This document shows positions 33,785 to 36,666 of a DNA stretch of 36,666 nt, piece by piece. How positions within the stretch are numbered: the first letter of the stretch is position 1; each line of letters opens with the position of its first letter. The notes beneath the pieces are model-generated. The model did no database searches. It saw only the letters and a list, made by a program, of their open reading frames with translations, and had not been told where the DNA came from. The translations under genes were made by a program, and so were the position numbers. Location: positions 1-36,666 of IMG/VR virus record IMGVR_UViG_3300012348_000044; one strand, written 5' to 3'. Source of the DNA: a virus.

Positions 33785-34401
33785 CGCATATTACAAAGAT
33801 TAAGAGAGGAACCGTTCGCCAAGATGGAATGGTATTTTGGTCAATGGTAAAAGGTCGAGAGTATTGGACGACGCCATCACAATTTGCAAAAGGCGTGGCA
33901 GCCATAAAAGCCAATAGACAAGCAAGAGCGCATCTTAATGTTGAAAAAAACCGAGCAAAAACACGTGCTTGGTATGCAAGAAATTCTCAAAAAGCTTGCG
34001 ACTCAACAAAAAAATGGCGTGAAAATAATCCAGAAAAAGTTAAAGAGCAAAAAACAAATTGGATTAAAAAACCAGAAAACAGGATTCGCACACTTATTGG
34101 TGCGGCAAAACAAAGAGCAAAAAAAAGTGGAATTGAATTTTCAATTACCATGGATGATCTTTTGCCGCTTCCTATTGAGTGTCCAGTCCTTGGGATAAAA
34201 ATTAATTACAACGGCAACAGTGATCAACGCGGTTTTGTAGATGACTCTCCTTCAATTGACAGGATTGATTCATCTGCTGGATACGTAAAAGGAAATGTAA
34301 AAATAATTTGCTGGAGAGCAAATCGAATTAAAAGCGACTCAACAATTGAAGAAATGCAAGCAATTTTGAGTTTTATGAAAAGAGAGCTTAAATGCAAGTG
34401 A
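33772..34401 (+). CDS. HNH / His-Me-finger homing-endonuclease-like protein (AT-rich insertion)
   Basis: CPVLGIKINY....DDSPSIDRIDSSAGYVKGNVKIICWRANRIKSD matches the pattern of small phage HNH endonucleases. Lys-rich N-terminal half. One 60-nt line (34021-34080) has 15/60 G+C. Confidence 0.55.
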   Translation: MEKVTHITKIKRGTVRQDGMVFWSMVKGREYWTTPSQFAKGVAAIKANRQARAHLNVEKNRAKTRAWYARNSQKACDSTKKWRENNPEKVKEQKTNWIKKPENRIRTLIGAAKQRAKKSGIEFSITMDDLLPLPIECPVLGIKINYNGNSDQRGFVDDSPSIDRIDSSAGYVKGNVKIICWRANRIKSDSTIEEMQAILSFMKRELKCK

Positions 34402-34826
34402 CTCCACATTTTTCGCTTAATGAACTTACGGCCAGCGAGACAGCGGCAAGGCGTGGATGGGACAACACCCCAGGCCCGTCAGAGCTTGCAAACCTAACGC
34501 GCCTTGCAGACCTTTTGGAGCAAGTCCGCGCATTGCTTGGCAAGCCTGTTTTGGTGAACAGCGCATACCGATCAAAGCAGGTAAACGACGCAGTTGGCAG
34601 CAAGGACACCAGCCAGCACCGCATCGGGTGCGCGGCTGATATCCGAGTGCCTGGAATGACACCTGATCAGGTGGTGCGCAAAATCATTGCAAGCGGCATA
34701 GCCTTTGACCAGTGTATCCGAGAGTTTGACGCATGGACGCATATCAGTGTGCCCAACACAATCGACACGCCTGCCCGAAGGCAAGCGCTGATCATCGACA
34801 AGCAGGGCGCGCGCCCATTCGGTTAA
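34392..34826 (+). CDS. Endolysin, peptidase M15A (L-alanyl-D-glutamate / D-Ala-D-Ala peptidase-type)
   Basis: HFSLNELT, LVNSAYRSKQVNDAVGSKDTSQHRIGCAADI, FDQCIREFDAWTHISV (His/Asp/His zinc ligands of Peptidase_M15_3). Confidence 0.85.
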   Translation: MQVTPHFSLNELTASETAARRGWDNTPGPSELANLTRLADLLEQVRALLGKPVLVNSAYRSKQVNDAVGSKDTSQHRIGCAADIRVPGMTPDQVVRKIIASGIAFDQCIREFDAWTHISVPNTIDTPARRQALIIDKQGARPFG

Positions 34827-35269
34827 ACGAAGCCTCGCAAGTTTGGCGGCTTGTAATCCTTGCCCTTACCAATCTTGCCGCCTTCAAGAATCACAGCCAC
34901 GCCGTTTTCCAGCTTTGAATCGTTGGAATCAATGACCGCCTGATCGGCTGAGTCCTTGTCAAACCCGGCGAAGAACGCCACGCCGTTTCCAGTGACTTCA
35001 ATGTCGCACAAAGCATCGAGCGCATCGACGCGCAAGTGAATTGGGATATAGACCATCTGCTCGCCGAGCTTGAGCTTTGACGCGAACCATTCAAGGTCAA
35101 GGCGCGTCCGATCAAGCAGCTTTGCATAGCCCTCGCTATCAGTGCGCAGGCACGCCAGCAACTCGCAAAATTCCTCAATCTGACAGCCAATGGCCGTGTT
35201 CAGGTTTTCTGGTGTTTTGGTTTTTCCGCATGCCTCAAGCCATGCCGCTGTTCTTTGGTAATTCGTCAT
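34823..35269 (-). CDS. MazG-like all-alpha NTP pyrophosphohydrolase
   Basis: EExxE (QIEEFCEL) and DALxD (VDALDALCDIEV) metal-binding helices. C-terminal DSNDSKL....GKIGKGKDYKPPNL is typical of phage MazG-like proteins. Confidence 0.55.
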   Translation of the reverse strand: MTNYQRTAAWLEACGKTKTPENLNTAIGCQIEEFCELLACLRTDSEGYAKLLDRTRLDLEWFASKLKLGEQMVYIPIHLRVDALDALCDIEVTGNGVAFFAGFDKDSADQAVIDSNDSKLENGVAVILEGGKIGKGKDYKPPNLRGFV

Positions 35270-36138
35270 TTCATTTCCCCGCCAAGTGTTAATATAACCG
35301 CATTGATTGCATCCCCAAGTGTGGCCGTCATGATCGCCACATCGGCGTCAAAAGCATCGCAATCGTGCTCGCCTTGACTGACGGTCAGGATGTTGATTTT
35401 CTTGAGCCGCATCGTGTCAGTCAGCGTAAATTCAATCTGATCGCCATGAGCAAGTGCCAGCGATGTCGGCAGCTTGCCCTCTGAAACATGATTGCGAACA
35501 TCCTTGCAGTCCAGATTGTGATGCGTGAATTTGACCTTTGACACATCTTCTCCAACTGACTCAAGAACGCAATCGCGGCCAATGGACAAACCGCACGGCA
35601 TTTCGTCATGCTTGCCAAGCAACCATTGAGTCATTGCCACTTGTGGCGATGTGACCGTGTTCACCAAGTACAACTTCAGGCTTGGAATGGCTTGCATCAG
35701 CGCAGAAACAAAGTCATCTGCTTTGGACTGGCTGATTGTGTCAATCGCCAAAATACCATCATCACGGAGCCATCCGAGGACCGCTGTTTGTTTAGGGAAC
35801 GCTTGAGGCAGCAAAGCAGTCCGAGCATCATCCATGATTTCTCGGCGCTCTTTTTTGCCTGGCTTGCGCCCTTGCGATTGTTCAATCTCGTAAACCATAT
35901 CGTCAACAGCATCGCGCAAAACTTTGCTTGGGACTGACTTGGTTTCGATCATCAGCTTGACGATGCGCTCACCGTTGACGATTTCAACCATTGGCCCGTG
36001 ATTGATGCCGCGAGGCTCGACCCATCCGACTGACTTTTCTTGCAGATCGTTGCACGGAACAAACCGCGCAAAGTCGCCAAAGTTTGGCAAAAGGTATGAT
36101 TCGATTTCGTATCGGTAAATTGTGGCTGACTTAAACAT
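35266..36138 (-). CDS. rdgC: Recombination-associated protein RdgC
   Basis: MFKSATIYR...F.PC..LQEKSVGWVEP....G.....V.GERIVKLMIETK.VP..V........IE..QGRKPGKKERREI.D.....LLPQAFPK is the RdgC pattern. AAGGAG lies 4 nt upstream of ATG 36138. Confidence 0.8.
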   Translation of the reverse strand: MFKSATIYRYEIESYLLPNFGDFARFVPCNDLQEKSVGWVEPRGINHGPMVEIVNGERIVKLMIETKSVPSKVLRDAVDDMVYEIEQSQGRKPGKKERREIMDDARTALLPQAFPKQTAVLGWLRDDGILAIDTISQSKADDFVSALMQAIPSLKLYLVNTVTSPQVAMTQWLLGKHDEMPCGLSIGRDCVLESVGEDVSKVKFTHHNLDCKDVRNHVSEGKLPTSLALAHGDQIEFTLTDTMRLKKINILTVSQGEHDCDAFDADVAIMTATLGDAINAVILTLGGEMK

Positions 36139-36146
36139 GATGCTCC

Positions 36147-36666
36147 TTATTTCCAGATTGATGCATGGCACTTGATCAACTCAAGAGCCGCCAGATATTC
36201 TTTTGAGTGATCGTTGTCTTGATGCTCATTTGACAGCTTTTCTGTGAATTCATCAACAGTTCCAAAAAAGCATCCTGCGCGAAGCATGATGCCCTTGTCG
36301 GTGTTGTAGCTTGTGAAGTATGCGCAGCGCGATCCTATCGGCCCAATCATAAAAATTGGACGCTTGCCGATCAATTTGGCCCCGGCGAGGTCGGCCCCGG
36401 CGAGGTTGGCCCGGGTGATGTCGGCCCCGGCGAGGTAGGCCCCGGCGAGGTTGGCCCCGGTGAGGTCGGCCCCGGCGAGGTAGGCCCCGGCGAGGTTGGC
36501 CCCGTAGAGGTTGGCCCCGTAGAGGTTGGCCCCGTCGAGGTTGGCCCCGTCGAGGTTGGCCCCGGCGAGGTAGGCCCCGGCGAGGTTGGCCCCGGTGAGG
36601 TCGGCCCCGTAGAGGTTGGCCCGGGTGAGGTCGGCCCCGGCGAGGTAGGCCCCGGCGAGGTTGGCC
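36147..36666 (-). CDS. Pentapeptide-repeat protein, repeat array plus C-terminal domain (5' end continues at nt 174-1 through the circular junction)
   Basis: The minus-strand frame is open from the window end. It reads ...YGADLTGANLAGAYLAGANLDGANLDGANLYGANLYGANLAGAYLAGADLTGANLAGAYLAGADITRANLAGADLAGAKL, then IGKRPIFMIGPIGSRCAYFTSYNTDKGIMLRAGCFFGTVDEFTEKLSNEHQDNDHSKEYLAALELIKCHASIWK, then a stop (TAA, complement of 36147-36149). Confidence 0.85.
   Translation of the reverse strand, partial: ANLAGAYLAGADLTRANLYGADLTGANLAGAYLAGANLDGANLDGANLYGANLYGANLAGAYLAGADLTGANLAGAYLAGADITRANLAGADLAGAKLIGKRPIFMIGPIGSRCAYFTSYNTDKGIMLRAGCFFGTVDEFTEKLSNEHQDNDHSKEYLAALELIKCHASIWK
36376..36666. repeat. 15-nt tandem repeat array (consensus gaggtNggccccggc), about 19 units in this part of the window
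   Basis: Directly visible. The units differ at only 1-3 positions. The array is the DNA image of the pentapeptide repeats on the minus strand. Confidence 0.95.

Noticed and set aside
36376-36666. The regularly spaced short repeats at the window end could be mistaken for a CRISPR array or a non-coding satellite.
   Set aside because: The period is 15 nt with no unique spacers. The array is an open reading frame on the minus strand that encodes canonical pentapeptide repeats and is contiguous with N- and C-terminal domains.

Overview
The window looks like a complete, circularly closed dsDNA tailed-phage genome. The first 55 nt are identical to the last 55 nt, which leaves about 36,611 unique bp. 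I found no rRNA, tRNA or CRISPR array, and no integrase or CI-type repressor.

Layout:
- Leftward early operon, starting from a divergent control region at 1342-1477: ERF-type annealing protein, PD-(D/E)XK exonuclease, a pentapeptide-repeat protein that spans the contig junction, RdgC, and a MazG-like NTP pyrophosphohydrolase.
- Rightward early and nin-like genes (1478-5792): Cro-like HTH protein, SSB, RyR-domain protein, DUF1367/DUF1364-like proteins, an HNH-like Zn/HTH protein, a miniature C5-methyltransferase-like protein and RusA. This block ends in a double stem-loop plus terminator.
- Replication block (5924-10221): an SNF2 ATPase fused to an amino-methyltransferase, a DUF1376/DnaT-like protein and a DnaB-like helicase.
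- About 4.5 kb of tiny, translationally coupled ORFs (10.2-14.7 kb), including a glutaredoxin.
- Late genes (14863-34826): small and large terminase, a displaced 4.3-kb fibre cassette (including a collagen-like protein and a Thr/Gly-rich fibre), HK97-type portal, MuF, protease and capsid, head-tail joining proteins, a TP901/GTA-like tail with an A9 -1 frameshift chaperone, tape measure, tail tip proteins, then a holin / HNH insertion / M15 endolysin lysis block.

Most interesting:
- the pentapeptide-repeat (DNA-mimic class) gene sitting in the Gam position of the recombination operon;
- the SNF2-methyltransferase fusion together with an orphan mini C5-MTase-like gene;
- two adjacent stem-loops with exactly complementary loops;
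- the fibre cassette between terminase and portal;
- two AT-rich islands in the tail and lysis region.

All functional calls come from reading motifs and gene order by eye. No database search was run.
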